DNA of 63,981 bases, counting the filler, from Octopus bimaculoides (lineage: Eukaryota): the NCBI RefSeq assembly GCF_001194135.2. It is 6 parts of 6 records of this genome, joined end to end, with 100 filler letters (N's around TTAATTAATTAA, not from the genome) between each part and the next. Parts side by side here need not be neighbours in the genome. Positions count along the whole stretch, not along the records: positions 60,481 to 62,844 come from NC_069001.1; positions 62,945 to 63,981 come from NW_026298735.1; 4 more parts are not named here. The stretch is one strand, 5' to 3'. Shown one piece after another: positions 61,685 to 63,981 of the stretch (the first letter of the stretch is position 1; each line of letters opens with the position of its first letter). The notes below the pieces were generated by a model. That model searched no databases and was not told the DNA's origin. It saw only the letters and a program-made list of their open reading frames with translations. The position numbers were made by a program, and so were the translations under genes.

Positions 61685-63981
61685 NNNNNNNNNNNNNNNN
61701 NNNNNNNNNNNNNNNNNNNNNNNNNNNNNNNNNNNNNNNNNNNNNNNNNNNNNNNNNNNNNNNNNNNNNNNNNNNNNNNNNNNNNNNNNNNNNNNNNNNN
61801 NNNNNNNNNNNNNNNNNNNNNNNACTGTGTGGTTGACCGTTATTAAGACAAAAGAGCTATTAGAATGACTGCTAAGTGAGGGGAGGGATTAAAGGTAAGG
61901 GAGTAAAAATGTCCATAGTATTCCCTTTGTTTGACGGTCATTTTCATAGCAATTTTCAATGGCCAGATAACTGAAGAGATGGCAGCATGGGTTTCCACCC
62001 CGGCATCCGAAACTTGGAGTTTTATCATGGCTACTGAATAATTGTCACATATTTTTACAGATAAATTCCTCTATTTACATAATATCGAGGTCTCTTTCTT
62101 TCTTTTGTTGTCCTTTCTATCAAAATATATATATTTAAATTTGAAAGTAAATTAGCATTATTTAATATTAATTTATTTTCATTTTTTTTTTCTTTTTTTA
62201 CCCTGGAAATTATATTTAACGATTCTTTAAAATATATAATGTGTTCACCTTAATATATACATTAAATACTAGAGGGGATACCCGGAAATGTAAGAGGAAA
62301 TATTTTAACACCTTTATGCATTTTCTTCCCATAATTTGAACAGTTTAAGTATTAAAATACATGTATAAAAATACATATATATATATACATTCTTTGATAA
62401 TAATAATAAGAATATGTTTAAAACAGTTTAAAAGAGAGTATTCAACAAAAAGTGTTTGGTAGTATATATATATACCCAGAAGGAGATATATTTATTTAAG
62501 AATTTAACATGTTTTCTCTCTTGTGTGTAGCAAGGGAATGTTTGCTATTTTAAAGGAACAGTGTGGGAGGCTGGTTGGAGTGGGAAGAAGGAAGAGCAAT
62601 GTAGAATTAAAAGGATTCTTATGTTTCTGGGCTAGTCTGTCATGGTTCAGTGGTTTTTAAGACTGGTCTAGGAGGTCAGAATGTCTTTGTGCATGCCTGT
62701 GTGTGTATGTGTGTATATACATGTGTTTGTGTCTCAATCTTAGTATCATGAGTGCAACACACTAAAAATGTGCATCCACACAATCACACAGACACATACA
62801 CAAACACACATGTACATGGGTATAAATATACACAAGTATACACCNNNNNNNNNNNNNNNNNNNNNNNNNNNNNNNNNNNNNNNNNNNNTTAATTAATTAA
62901 NNNNNNNNNNNNNNNNNNNNNNNNNNNNNNNNNNNNNNNNNNNNTCTATCCCCGTAACCTAGCAGTTCGATAAAAGTAATTGATAGTACAAGTAACAGAC
63001 TTTAAAAAAAGGTACTTGAGTCGATTCATTCGACTAAAAGTCTTCAAGGGGGTGCTCCAGCATGGCCGCAGTCTAATGACTGAAACCAATTCTTGATTTT
63101 CTCTTTAATCTCTTTTTCAAACTTAACAAATCTTTGTATTTTCTCTTGACCCTCCTTTCAATCACTTCAAAATCGCAGCTTATTTTCGTTCTCCCGATGA
63201 GCTTCAGGTGAAACGATGTCTTTTATCTTTCACTTGCTTCAGTCATTAGACTGTGGCCATGCTGGGGCACCACACTGAAGAATTTTAGTCGAACGAATCG
63301 ATTCCAGGTATATTTTTCTTTTAAGCCTGGTCCACGCGAATTTATTGAGGGCGTAAGCACAGCAACACCAGTTGTCAGTTGGTGATGGCGGGAGACAAAC
63401 ACAAACACAAACGTGCGCGCACACCCACCCATGCATATATATATATATATATATATGCGACGGACTTCTTTCAGTTTCCGCCTTCCAAATCCACCTACAA
63501 GGCTTTGGTCGGCTCGAGGCTACAGCAGAGGACTCTTGCCCAAGGTGCTACACTGTTACTGAACTCGGAACTATGTGGTTGGGAAACAAATTTCTTACCA
63601 CACAGCCATGCCTATCTGCCACGCGATTATGGATTAAATACTTTTATTCACCCACAGATCCATCTTTGAGGACTTTATTCTAAATGGCCAAACGCAGCTT
63701 CTTGAACTTGTCACCCTCTGAAATATTTTTATTATCGCTATTTTTATCTCCTTCCCTGTCCTGTTTCTTCTTTTATTTTTCTCTCATAATCTATCGCCAT
63801 CTACCCATCGTTCTTCCAGTCTCTCCCTCCTCTTCTAATTCTATCTTTCTATCTCTTCATCTCCTTGTAACTATCGTTTCGCGGCATCTCTCTCTACTTT
63901 ATTTTATCGATTCCGGAAGGATAAAACGCAAATTTGAATTCGGCGGGATTTAAACTCAAAACGAACCCCCCCCCAAAAAAA

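Overview
AT-rich animal genomic DNA from a gapped draft assembly. The SINE, MITE and microsatellite families look like those of Octopus (inference from recognised repeat sequences, not a database search). One protein-coding gene is clearly supported: a + strand ASPG-type L-asparaginase (type I asparaginase domain plus C-terminal ankyrin repeats, the '60 kDa lysophospholipase' architecture). Eleven GT-AG exons were traced by hand from 26210 to the stop at 37594. One internal exon is probably hidden in the 29787-30599 gap, and the N-terminal exon(s) with the TGGT motif were not found. Most of the rest is transposon debris: four tRNA-SINE or LINE-tail families; RTE, CRE, HERO and L1/Tx1-like non-LTR fragments; mariner and pogo transposase relics; and piggyBac-, hAT-, Tc1/mariner- and foldback-type MITEs. 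Nearly all long ORFs in the supplied track are artefacts of N runs or microsatellites. No CRISPR array, rRNA or bona fide tRNA was seen. I cannot support a wholly new biological system. The best leads are: an inverted-SINE-flanked, frame-preserving ankyrin exon cassette (possible circRNA or skipping switch); a 67-nt pre-miRNA-like hairpin; an intronic M-box/E-box tandem array; a microsatellite-built splice acceptor; a CRE-retroelement cluster with interlocking inverted repeats; and a sharp CpG domain structure that predicts unannotated gene boundaries.
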